A stretch of DNA of 32,000 bases. It comes from Candidatus Saganbacteria bacterium (GTDB lineage Bacteria > Margulisbacteria > WOR-1 > JAKLHX01). The translations under genes and the position numbers were made by a program. The stretch spans positions 4,932 to 36,931 of the forward strand of contig JAPLKZ010000012.1 of NCBI GenBank assembly GCA_026387835.1. The letters run 5' to 3'. The notes beneath the pieces are model-generated. The model was not told the origin of the DNA. It saw only the letters and a program-made list of their open reading frames with translations, and made no database searches. Below, piece by piece: positions 9,511 through 17,365 of this stretch (within the stretch, counting starts at the first letter, position 1; the number at the start of each line of letters is the position of its first letter).

Positions 9511-9540
9511 TATATTATGCTATTTTACGCGGTTTTTCAA
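9511..9540 (-). promoter_or_regulatory. Possible weak promoter upstream of the TolC/efflux genes
   Basis: AT-rich stretch; minus strand reads TTGAAA (9540-9535) followed by CATAATATATATAG. Spacing is suboptimal. Confidence 0.3.
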
Positions 9541-11952
9541 TATGTTTTTCGCCACCCTCACCGCTTCAACCGCATCTTTTGCGAAGTTGGCACCGAAAGA
9601 TTTCGCATAATTAGAAGTAACGGGAGCACCACCTACCATCACCGGGATATTTAAACCCTCTTTTTCAAGCTGAGCTTTAACTATCTTCATCCCGGGCATC
9701 GTAGTCGTCAAAAGCGCCGAAAGCAGTATCACGTCTGCTTTATTTTCTTTTGCCGAAAGCACGATCTTCTCCGGCGGAACATCCTTACCGAGGTCGACGA
9801 CATTGAATCCGTGGTTCTCAAGGAGCATAGAAACGATATTCTTTCCTATATCGTGAATATCCCCGAGAACTGTAGCAATTACCGCGATCCCTATCATCTT
9901 CCTGTCCCCGGGCTTTATCTCCTTTTTCACTCTTTCAAAAGCCACCTTCATGGCCTCGGCGGATGCCATCACCTGCGGGATGAAATATCTCCCGTCATTG
10001 AACCTCTTTCCAACCTCCTCCATCGCCGGAAGCAGATCTCCGTCAATGATATTCTGAGGACCTTTTTCCTTCAAAGCACTCTCTATTAAAGGAACAATAT
10101 TCTCTCTGTCTCCATCAACCACAGCAGCAAATATTTGTTCTGCAATGTTTTTTTCTTTACCTTTTATCCTTTCTTCCTTCTTCTTCTCTTCCCTTCTTCC
10201 CCCGTATTTCTCGATCCACCCCTTCGCCCTCCTATCCTTGTTCAAAAACACTTCTTCCGCCGCTTTCAATTCCGCAGCCGAAACTTTGACCGTCAGATTT
10301 TCAGGGTTGTAGATCGCCGCATCAAGTCCAGTTTTTACCGCTAATTTCAGGAACGCTGCGTTCATTTGCTTTCTTGCGGGAAGTCCGTGCGAGACATTGC
10401 TGACGCCGAGTATAGCTTTTACCTTTAATTTGCTTTTAACAAGTTTTATCGCTTTCAATGTCTCAGCAACATCCTCCTGCTGCGCTCCCGCAGCAAGGGT
10501 TAATGCATCAATAAAGATATTTTCTTTTTTGATCCCTATCTCAACAGCTCTTTTGACTATTTTTTCCGCGATTTTGAGCCTTTCAGACGCTTTTGACGGT
10601 ATTCCTTTTTCAAGAGTAAGTCCGATCACGGCAGCCCCGTACTTTTTTACCAGAGGAAGGACCGCATTCAGGCTTTCTTCTTTCCCGTTCACCGAATTTA
10701 CAAGCGCCTTACCGGCGAATGTCTTTAATCCTTCTTCCAATGTGCCGGGGTTTGAGCTGTCGATACAAAGCGGAACAGAAACAGAACTTTCCGCTGTCAG
10801 GACCGCATTTTTTATGGCTTTCAACTCGTCAATATCCGGCATGCCTACGTTTATATCAAGCATATCCGCTCCGGCCGCTACCTGCGACACCGCGTTCTGC
10901 CTGACCACGGACGTCTTACCCTGTCTCATATCTTCCTGCAGGTCTTTTCTGTTCGTCGGATTTATCCTCTCGCCGATTATTACAACCTTACCGGGTTTAA
11001 CTTCCAACACCTCGGTTCTACTTGCCAGTTTGGTATTTTGAATTTGGAATTTTGAATTTGTTTCGCTTGCCCCGAGCGAAGTCGAGGGGGATTTCGTGCT
11101 TCGAATTTCGGATTTTATCCGCTTTATATGTTCCGGCCCCGTCCCGCAACACCCGCCAATAAACTTTACACCCAGTTTCGCCATTTCAACCGCATATCTT
11201 AAAAATTTTTCCGGCGTCATCCTGTATACAGTCTCATCCCCGACGATCTCCGGATTGCCGGCGTTCGCCATTATTGATATTGGAAGATTTGTATTTTTTA
11301 GTAGAACTTTCGCTATCTTTACAAGTCCCTGCGGTCCCGATGAGCAGTTCGCTCCTATTGCATCCGCTCCCAGAGCCTCAAATACGGCCGTGGCTACTTC
11401 CGGAGGAGTTCCAGTATTTGTCTTTCCGTTCTCGCTGTAAGTGAGATGGACTATTACAGGGAGTTTTGTAGTGCTTTTGACCGCTATCAAGGCAGCGCGC
11501 GCTTCCTGGATATCGCTCATCGTTTCTATTGAAATGAGGTCAGCCCCGGCTTCTTCGAACACTTTCGCCTGGGCAGAGAACTCATCGAATGCCTGATCGA
11601 AAGAAAACGCGCCTATCGGCTCCATCAACTCTCCAAAAGGGCCCATCGACGCAGCAATAAGAGCTTTTCCTGCTGCGGCTTTTTTCGCGATCCTTACAGC
11701 ATCGAAGTTGATTTTATGAAATTTTCCTTCGAGGCCGTATCCTTTGAGCTTGTTCTTTGTCCCGCCGAAAGTATTCGTCTCGATTATATCGGCCCCGGCA
11801 TCGACATAAGACTTGTGAACTGAATAGACGATATCGGGGGCAGTCAGGTTCAGCTCTTCGAAGCATTTTCCCGCGGGAACGCCCCTGAGCATGAGCTGGG
11901 TACCCATTGCCCCGTCAAAGATGTATGTTTTTTTGTCATTAAATATTGTCAT
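9520..11952 (-). CDS. metH: Cobalamin-dependent methionine synthase (homocysteine, pterin and B12-binding domains; no reactivation domain)
   Basis: IFDGAMGTQLM and GANCSSGP/GGCCGTGPEHI (homocysteine-binding, Zn Cys), VVIIGERINPTNRKDLQ and DINVGMPDID (pterin-binding), GDIHDIGKNIVSMLLENHGFNVVDLG (B12-binding DxHxxG). Confidence 0.93.
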   Translation of the reverse strand: MTIFNDKKTYIFDGAMGTQLMLRGVPAGKCFEELNLTAPDIVYSVHKSYVDAGADIIETNTFGGTKNKLKGYGLEGKFHKINFDAVRIAKKAAAGKALIAASMGPFGELMEPIGAFSFDQAFDEFSAQAKVFEEAGADLISIETMSDIQEARAALIAVKSTTKLPVIVHLTYSENGKTNTGTPPEVATAVFEALGADAIGANCSSGPQGLVKIAKVLLKNTNLPISIMANAGNPEIVGDETVYRMTPEKFLRYAVEMAKLGVKFIGGCCGTGPEHIKRIKSEIRSTKSPSTSLGASETNSKFQIQNTKLASRTEVLEVKPGKVVIIGERINPTNRKDLQEDMRQGKTSVVRQNAVSQVAAGADMLDINVGMPDIDELKAIKNAVLTAESSVSVPLCIDSSNPGTLEEGLKTFAGKALVNSVNGKEESLNAVLPLVKKYGAAVIGLTLEKGIPSKASERLKIAEKIVKRAVEIGIKKENIFIDALTLAAGAQQEDVAETLKAIKLVKSKLKVKAILGVSNVSHGLPARKQMNAAFLKLAVKTGLDAAIYNPENLTVKVSAAELKAAEEVFLNKDRRAKGWIEKYGGRREEKKKEERIKGKEKNIAEQIFAAVVDGDRENIVPLIESALKEKGPQNIIDGDLLPAMEEVGKRFNDGRYFIPQVMASAEAMKVAFERVKKEIKPGDRKMIGIAVIATVLGDIHDIGKNIVSMLLENHGFNVVDLGKDVPPEKIVLSAKENKADVILLSALLTTTMPGMKIVKAQLEKEGLNIPVMVGGAPVTSNYAKSFGANFAKDAVEAVRVAKNILKNRVK
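11020..11120. repeat. Composite low-complexity repeat inserted in frame in metH, containing a GC-rich hairpin (11070-11089)
   Basis: Minus strand AAATCCGAAATTCGAAGCACGAAATCCCCCTCGACTTCGCTCGGGGCAAGCGAAACAAATTCAAAATTCCAAATTCAAAATACC; encodes KSEIRSTKSPSTSLGASETNSKFQIQNT between two MetH domains. Confidence 0.65.
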
Positions 11953-12376
11953 TTTGCATCACCAGAGCGTCTTCCTTCGGGTTCTGATAATATTCCCTTC
12001 TCCTGTCCAATACTTTGAACCCGAGTTTTTTGTATATTTTCTGCGCGGGAACATTGGATTGCCGCACTTCAAGAAATAATTTTTTAAGCCCTTTTCCTTT
12101 GGCATCTGCTATTAACCGTTCGATCAATTCTGTCCCTATGCCTTTTTTTCTGCATTTAGGATGCACGGCCAGTGTTGTTATGTGACCTTCATCCAGCACA
12201 TGTCTGAAACCCGTATATCCGCAGATTTTTTTTCCGTCCTTTATCGCGATATAATGCCCGTTCTCCGCCGAGAACTCGTCGACAAACGTCTGCTTGCTCC
12301 AATGCGATGCAAACGATTTTTTCTCTATCTTCAGCATTTCGTTGATATCATCCAGAACCGCCTTTTCTATGTTCAT
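11939..12376 (-). CDS. rimI: GNAT acetyltransferase, RimI-type (ribosomal protein alanine N-acetyltransferase)
   Basis: GNAT motifs (LAVHPKCRKKGIGTELIERLI; LEVRQSNVPAQKIYKKLGFKVLDRRREYYQNPKEDALVM) and adjacency to tsaB/tsaE. Confidence 0.85.
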   Translation of the reverse strand: MNIEKAVLDDINEMLKIEKKSFASHWSKQTFVDEFSAENGHYIAIKDGKKICGYTGFRHVLDEGHITTLAVHPKCRKKGIGTELIERLIADAKGKGLKKLFLEVRQSNVPAQKIYKKLGFKVLDRRREYYQNPKEDALVMQNDNI

Positions 12377-13068
12377 TTTATCCTCTCCCCCTGAGCTTTG
12401 AATTCCCTGACATTAGGCGTATGTGAATATTTCGGCGTCATCTTTAAATAGTCGTCTTTCTTGCCTTCTTTTAATTTCTGCTCTCCTATCAGCGCGACAT
12501 TGACGCCCGAAGCGGCCGAGCGTGCCTGATCGGCTATCCTGATGTTGCTGTTTATCCTTGATTTCTGCAAGAACGGGAAATCTTTTGACGCTATTATATA
12601 TATTTCGCCTTTTATTTCTTTCAAAAGTTCCTTCAGCCTTGCTTCAGATACAACGATATCTTCGGTTATCCTTCTTAGTTTTTTTGAATCGGAAGTAAAT
12701 AACGCAAAGTTAACTTCATCCCTGACGGCATCACAGACAACAGCTATCGTCCCGCTTACATTGACGAGATTATACGCCATCGCCTCGAGTGTCGATACTC
12801 CAATGACAGGGATGTTCAATACCTGGGCAAAGCTTTTTGCGGCCGCGAGCCCGCCTCTCAGCCCTGAATATGAACCCGGACCGTCCGACACGGCGATCGC
12901 ACCGATATCTTTTATATCGGCCCCTGCTTCCGTCATTATTCTTTCGATCAGGACGACGATATCTTCGGACTTTAAAGCTGATGACGTGAATTCGGCCAGC
13001 AGCCTGCCGTCTTCAACGAACCCGGCGCCCACTATTTTGGTCGCCGTGCTGATGCCTAATACTTTCAT
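12373..13068 (-). CDS. tsaB: tRNA N6-threonylcarbamoyladenosine biosynthesis protein TsaB
   Basis: MKVLGISTATKIVG, IAVSDGPGSYSGLRGGLAAAKSFAQVLNIPVIGVSTLEAMAYN motif. Confidence 0.9.
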   Translation of the reverse strand: MKVLGISTATKIVGAGFVEDGRLLAEFTSSALKSEDIVVLIERIMTEAGADIKDIGAIAVSDGPGSYSGLRGGLAAAKSFAQVLNIPVIGVSTLEAMAYNLVNVSGTIAVVCDAVRDEVNFALFTSDSKKLRRITEDIVVSEARLKELLKEIKGEIYIIASKDFPFLQKSRINSNIRIADQARSAASGVNVALIGEQKLKEGKKDDYLKMTPKYSHTPNVREFKAQGERIK

Positions 13069-13477
13069 TTTCTATCCTTATTTCTCTCTGATACTCTCCT
13101 GTCATCTCAAAATATATCTTAACACAACCCTCCGGCAAAAGACTTCCCATTTTTTCGGCCCATTCTATTATCAATATCGAATCGCCGTTCAATATGTCTT
13201 CTATGTCGAGGTCTTCAATATCATTGATGCTGTCAAGGCGGTAAAGGTCCAAATGATAAAGCGATCCGCCTTTTTCTTTGAGGGGGTATTCATTCATTAT
13301 TACAAAAGAGGGGCTTGTCGCGTTATCTGATATGCCGAGTCCCTGAAGGATGCCCTGGACAAATGTCGTCTTGCCTGCTCCGAGACCGCCGTACAAGGCG
13401 ATGACATCGCCCGGCCGGATATCAGCGGAAAGTTGTTTCCCCAGGAGCCTCGTCTCGGAAGGGCTACCAGCGTTCAA
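13013..13477 (-). CDS. tsaE: tRNA threonylcarbamoyladenosine biosynthesis ATPase TsaE
   Basis: GDVIALYGGLGAGKTTFVQGILQGLG, SPSFVIMNEYPLKEKGGSLYHLDLYRL, IIEWAEKMGSLLPE. The ORF track start at 13573 overlaps folK extensively; a TTG at 13475-13477 gives MNAGSPSETRLLGKQL. Confidence 0.85.
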   Translation of the reverse strand: MNAGSPSETRLLGKQLSADIRPGDVIALYGGLGAGKTTFVQGILQGLGISDNATSPSFVIMNEYPLKEKGGSLYHLDLYRLDSINDIEDLDIEDILNGDSILIIEWAEKMGSLLPEGCVKIYFEMTGEYQREIRIENESIRHQHGDQNSGRRVR

Positions 13478-14243
13478 AATCGTCCGCAGCCCCTTTTTTG
13501 ATCTCTCTGAACCCCGGCAGTTCATCGTTGTACTTTTCGGCGAGCTCCGCTTTTTTCTCTTCGAAAAGCTCAAATATCGTCGTCTCCAGCACGGGATGGA
13601 CGACCCTTGAAGCGATCTCTTTCAACGGCTCAAGGACGAACATCCTTTCCTGAAGCAGCGGATGAGGGATCGAAAGATCATCCTCGCTCATCACGAGATC
13701 CTTGTAGAGTAAAATATCGATGTCTATGATCCTCGGCCCCCATTCGATGCCGCGCTCACGTCCGAGAGTATCTTCTATCCCCTGGAGGGTCGCGAGAAGT
13801 TTGTCGGGATCAAGCGTCGTCTTTATCTCCACTGCCGAATTTATGAATGCCGGCTGGGAACGCTTGCCTTCCGGCTCCGTCTCATAATTTGAAGCGCGCC
13901 TGACCACCTTTATCCCCGGTGTCTCTTTCAGGATCGTGATCGCCTGTTCGATATATTCTTCCCTGTCCCCGACATTTGACCCGAGAGCGAGATATGCCGT
14001 AACAGCCTCTCCGGGTTTAAGTTTGAACTTCTCCTTTGCTTCGGCTTTTATATGGGCCTGTTTTACTGCCTTGGATTTTGCTTTCGCGTTGGACCCGGCG
14101 GTCATTTTACTTAAAGCCTGTTTTTTCGCGGCCGGCTTTTTCACGGTCTTACCGGCTTTTTTGTTTTTTTTCGGGCTTTGGACCTTCTTTGCCTTCGCCT
14201 TCACTTTTGCCCTGGCTTTTTTGATCTTTTTTTTCTTTTTCAT
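13464..14243 (-). CDS. folK: 2-amino-4-hydroxy-6-hydroxymethyldihydropteridine pyrophosphokinase with a Lys/Ala-rich N-terminal extension
   Basis: AYLALGSNVGDREEYI, NYETEPEG, FINSAVEIKT, ERGIEWGPRIIDIDILLYKD, IPHPLLQERMFVLEPL. An AAGGAGG sequence precedes the ATG of the extended form. Confidence 0.92.
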   Translation of the reverse strand: MKKKKKIKKARAKVKAKAKKVQSPKKNKKAGKTVKKPAAKKQALSKMTAGSNAKAKSKAVKQAHIKAEAKEKFKLKPGEAVTAYLALGSNVGDREEYIEQAITILKETPGIKVVRRASNYETEPEGKRSQPAFINSAVEIKTTLDPDKLLATLQGIEDTLGRERGIEWGPRIIDIDILLYKDLVMSEDDLSIPHPLLQERMFVLEPLKEIASRVVHPVLETTIFELFEEKKAELAEKYNDELPGFREIKKGAADDFERW

Positions 14244-14246
14244 CCC

Positions 14247-15440
14247 TTAATCCCTCCTTGTTATAGCGTCTGATAATACAACAACCTTCTTCGCAAAAGA
14301 AGTATTATGACTTCTTATTATATCAACTTTTTTTGAAATGGCAAGTGCTATCGTTGCGGCGGTCCCCTCCTCCCTTTTTCGCGGATCATCCTCTCCCAGG
14401 ATCTTGCCGATAAATGATTTTCTGGATGTACCTATGCAGACCGGTCTGCCTAAACACCTGAATTCGTCAAGGCGCCTGAGTATTTCAATATTATGTTCTA
14501 CCGTTTTTCCGAAACCGATCCCCGGATCAAGGATGATATTTTCTTCTTTGACCCCCGCTTCTATCGCATTCTCCATGCTTTCCTTAAAATATAAGATGAT
14601 CTCAGAAATAAGGTCGTTATATTCCGGGCCGTTCTGCATCGTCTTCGGGCTGCCCTTTGAATGCATCAATACTAAAGGGATGTTATATATAGCGGCGATC
14701 TTTGCGAGATCCTTATCAAAATGAAGGCCCGAGACATCGTTTATCATATTCGCGCCTGCCTTGACGGCAGCCTGCGCGACTGCTGGTTTACGCGTATCAA
14801 CGGAGATTATTTTTGCAAAAGATTTTATTTTGGTTATTATCGGAACTATTCTCTTCGTCTCCTCTTCGGCAGAGACTTCTTCGGCTCCCGGTCTTGTCGA
14901 TTCTCCTCCGATATCGATGATGTCGGCACCGTCTTCGATCATTTTTCCGGCGTGAGCGGCGGCATCTTCGACATCCAAAAACTCCCCTCCGTCAGAGAAT
15001 GAATCCGGTGTTACGTTCAAGACGCCCATCACAAATGTCTTTTTTCCGAATTCCATGCCCAACATAGGTTTTGGATAGCTTTCCGACACTTCTATCAATT
15101 TTTCTATTTCCAGGGCTATCTGCGGGAGTTTGAACTGCTGGTCAGACAGTTTTTTAATGAGGTCCCTGTACTGTGAAATAGTGCCGAATAATATTACATC
15201 CGTTTTATCCACGCTGTGGTTTATCGTACCGGCGCTTGTCGCGGCCTCGCCGCCTCTTGCAAGCATGTCCTGTTTCAGGATATTCGCTGCCGTGACGGGG
15301 ACATCTTTTATCTTGACCGCCCTGAAGACAGCCTTTTCGGACATTATATCTATGCCTTTATCGTGCACGCCGATACTACGAAGCTCTTTTTCAGCTTCTT
15401 TCAGATCTTCTATCGAAATTATCCTTGGAAGAAAGTCCAT
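14247..15440 (-). CDS. folP: Dihydropteroate synthase with N-terminal extension domain
   Basis: FVMGVLNVTPDSFSDGG, DIIDIGGESTRPGAEEV, MINDVSG, PLVLMHSKGSPKTM, IILDPGIGFGKTVEHN, GTSRKSFIG. Confidence 0.93.
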   Translation of the reverse strand: MDFLPRIISIEDLKEAEKELRSIGVHDKGIDIMSEKAVFRAVKIKDVPVTAANILKQDMLARGGEAATSAGTINHSVDKTDVILFGTISQYRDLIKKLSDQQFKLPQIALEIEKLIEVSESYPKPMLGMEFGKKTFVMGVLNVTPDSFSDGGEFLDVEDAAAHAGKMIEDGADIIDIGGESTRPGAEEVSAEEETKRIVPIITKIKSFAKIISVDTRKPAVAQAAVKAGANMINDVSGLHFDKDLAKIAAIYNIPLVLMHSKGSPKTMQNGPEYNDLISEIILYFKESMENAIEAGVKEENIILDPGIGFGKTVEHNIEILRRLDEFRCLGRPVCIGTSRKSFIGKILGEDDPRKREEGTAATIALAISKKVDIIRSHNTSFAKKVVVLSDAITRRD

Positions 15441-15477
15441 GGCCGAAGGTATTATATCACGAAAGAATAAAACGGCC

Positions 15478-16848
15478 TTAAGACAGGGTCAGCTTGACCG
15501 CGCCATTACTTCTGTTGTCTATCCTGCCCCTGTCATCTATCCTGTGACCGGCGATCCAGAGGATCTTTTTATTATCGCAGACGACGGGAATGCCGGGCCT
15601 TTCGCCCGGAGGGACTTTGTTGTCAATAAAATAATCGTGGAGTTTTTTACTGCCTTTCATCCCGAACGGGACGAACCTGTCCCCTGCCCTGCAGCTGCGG
15701 ACAATAAGTTCAGTTCCGCTTATCTTTTCCGGGTCGACATAAGCTTCGTTATTTTTGATCTTTTTTTTGTTCTCCGGCATTGTTGAATACACGGCTGAAA
15801 TGACCTGTCCGGTTTCTTTGATCTTCACCGAACCGGGGATCTTTAAAATGTACTTGAAGCTTTTTATCTTTTTTTTCTCCGGCTTGAAATTTGAGACCGT
15901 TATTTTCCCGTCATCGACCGAAGCGTAGACCCCTTCCGGCAGACAGATAAAACCTCTTTTTAGCCTTAAAATATCGTGGACATGGACCTCTTCGATATTC
16001 TGCAGGCTGCCCTTGATCTTTTCCACCGCCAGCCTGACGATATACGGCCTTAGATCTTTTCCTGCGGAAGACAACCTGCCCGCATCCAGGCGGATCGAGG
16101 ACCTGCCGTTGCTTTTATATTTATCTATGGTACAGGCTGAAAGTTTTTTTTCTGCCTGCCTGATGATCCCCGCGTACTTTCTGCGCGAAGACTTTATCAA
16201 TGAAAACAATTTCTTTTTCGCGTTCTTTTCACAGGCCTCCAGTTCAGGCAGTTCGACGTTCCTTATCCTGTTCCTTGTGTGGACGTTCTCCGCATTTGTC
16301 CGGTCGGTCCTGTAAGGGATATTATTTCTTTTGCAGTAATCAAGGATCTCCTTTTTCCAGACATCGATAAAGGGCCTGATGACATGGCCCCTGACAGGAG
16401 GAATACCGCACATTCCCTTTAACCCCGTGCCTCTCTTGATCCGCATCAGAAGGGTTTCGATGTTGTCATCGCAGTGATGGGCAAGGGCGATCCCGGAAGC
16501 TCTGATCTTCCTGCGGATGTTTTCAAGGCACTTGTATCTTAAGTTCCTGCCGGCCTCTTCAAGCGATAATTTATTTTTCATTGCGTACCCGGGGACATCT
16601 ATCGCTTTCATTGCCACCGGAATATTATTTTTTCTGCAGTAATCTTTGACGAACAAAGCATCTTCGACCGCCTCTTCCCCCCTGATCTTGTGGTCAAGGT
16701 GAAAGGCCCGGATATTAAAGCCGCTTTTCTTTAAAAAATGCAGGAGGGCCATGGAATCCGGCCCGCCCGAAACTGCGACCAGGATTTTTCCGGCCGGGGT
16801 CATCATTTTATGGGCTTTTATCGTTCTTTTTGCTTTTGTCTCTAACAA
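15478..16848 (-). CDS. tilS: tRNA(Ile)-lysidine synthase
   Basis: KILVAVSGGPDSMALLHFL PP-loop, HLDHKIRGEEAVEDALFV, ALAHHCDDNIETLLMRIKRGTGLKGMCGIPP. The exact start is uncertain; the ORF track extends to 16935. Confidence 0.9.
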   Translation of the reverse strand: MLETKAKRTIKAHKMMTPAGKILVAVSGGPDSMALLHFLKKSGFNIRAFHLDHKIRGEEAVEDALFVKDYCRKNNIPVAMKAIDVPGYAMKNKLSLEEAGRNLRYKCLENIRRKIRASGIALAHHCDDNIETLLMRIKRGTGLKGMCGIPPVRGHVIRPFIDVWKKEILDYCKRNNIPYRTDRTNAENVHTRNRIRNVELPELEACEKNAKKKLFSLIKSSRRKYAGIIRQAEKKLSACTIDKYKSNGRSSIRLDAGRLSSAGKDLRPYIVRLAVEKIKGSLQNIEEVHVHDILRLKRGFICLPEGVYASVDDGKITVSNFKPEKKKIKSFKYILKIPGSVKIKETGQVISAVYSTMPENKKKIKNNEAYVDPEKISGTELIVRSCRAGDRFVPFGMKGSKKLHDYFIDNKVPPGERPGIPVVCDNKKILWIAGHRIDDRGRIDNRSNGAVKLTLS

Positions 16849-16849
16849 G

Positions 16850-17224
16850 TCAGGCGATCCTATCCGAAATAACGGATATAACGGGGATGCGGAAATCTTT
16901 TCCCGTGAGAAACAGCACAGCGCAGTAGCCGGCATAGGCCCACAACAAAAACGCCGCGGATCCTACCGCCTTATCAAGCAGGGGAACAGTGATATTTGAA
17001 AGTATCGAATATATCATCATCCTCAGAAATATCAGGAGCAGGATGTTCACCGTCCATAATAAAAGCGCCTGCGCCGCATGGAAGGCCATGCATAAGTTCT
17101 TTCTCTTTTCTGTCAGGATGATATAGAAAGACGGTAACCAAAATATATATGAGGAAAATATGAGGGTTTTATCGCTGATCTTCAGTTTTTCAGTATTTCT
17201 ATTGTTTTCTTTGATAGTATCCAT
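16850..17224 (-). CDS. Small multi-pass membrane protein (possibly Tic20/DUF4870-like)
   Basis: MDTIKENNRNTEKLKISDKTLIFSSYIFWLPSFYIILTEKRKNLCMAFHAAQALLLWTVN followed by further TM segments. The 17263 start would abut the tRNA; the ATG at 17222-17224 fits better. Confidence 0.65.
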   Translation of the reverse strand: MDTIKENNRNTEKLKISDKTLIFSSYIFWLPSFYIILTEKRKNLCMAFHAAQALLLWTVNILLLIFLRMMIYSILSNITVPLLDKAVGSAAFLLWAYAGYCAVLFLTGKDFRIPVISVISDRIA

Positions 17225-17262
17225 AAATTGTTCTTTGATAAGAGACTTTCTTCGCAAGTTCA

Positions 17263-17336
17263 TGTCGGGGGCCGGAATCGAACCGGCGACCTAGGGCTTA
17301 TGAGTCCCTCGCTCTAACCGTCTGAGCTACCCCGAC
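17263..17336 (-). tRNA. tRNA with CAT anticodon (Met, or Ile2 after lysidine modification)
   Basis: Minus strand GTCGGGGTAGCTCAGACGGTTAGAGCGAGGGACTCATAAGCCCTAGGTCGCCGGTTCGATTCCGGCCCCCGACA folds as a cloverleaf: acceptor GTCGGGG/CCCCGAC, T-arm GCCGG-TTCGATT-CCGGC, anticodon loop CTCATAA. CCA is not encoded. Confidence 0.93.
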
Positions 17337-17365
17337 ATTTGCGAGGCGCCGCCTTGTTCATAAAG

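Noticed and set aside
10397-11041. 214-aa plus-strand ORF
   Set aside because: Antisense shadow of metH; low-complexity hydrophobic/Ser-rich translation typical of complementary-frame artefacts.
11070-11089. GC-rich hairpin considered as a transcription terminator
   Set aside because: It lies inside the continuous metH frame and lacks an adjacent U-tract; better explained as part of the composite repeat.
12542-13330. 262-aa plus-strand ORF
   Set aside because: Fully antisense to tsaB and tsaE, which have clear family motifs; the translation shows no recognisable domain pattern.
17341-17356. GCGAGGCGCCGCC palindrome between the tRNA and the DUF1015 gene, considered as a terminator
   Set aside because: Short palindrome without a following T-run on the minus strand; not enough support.
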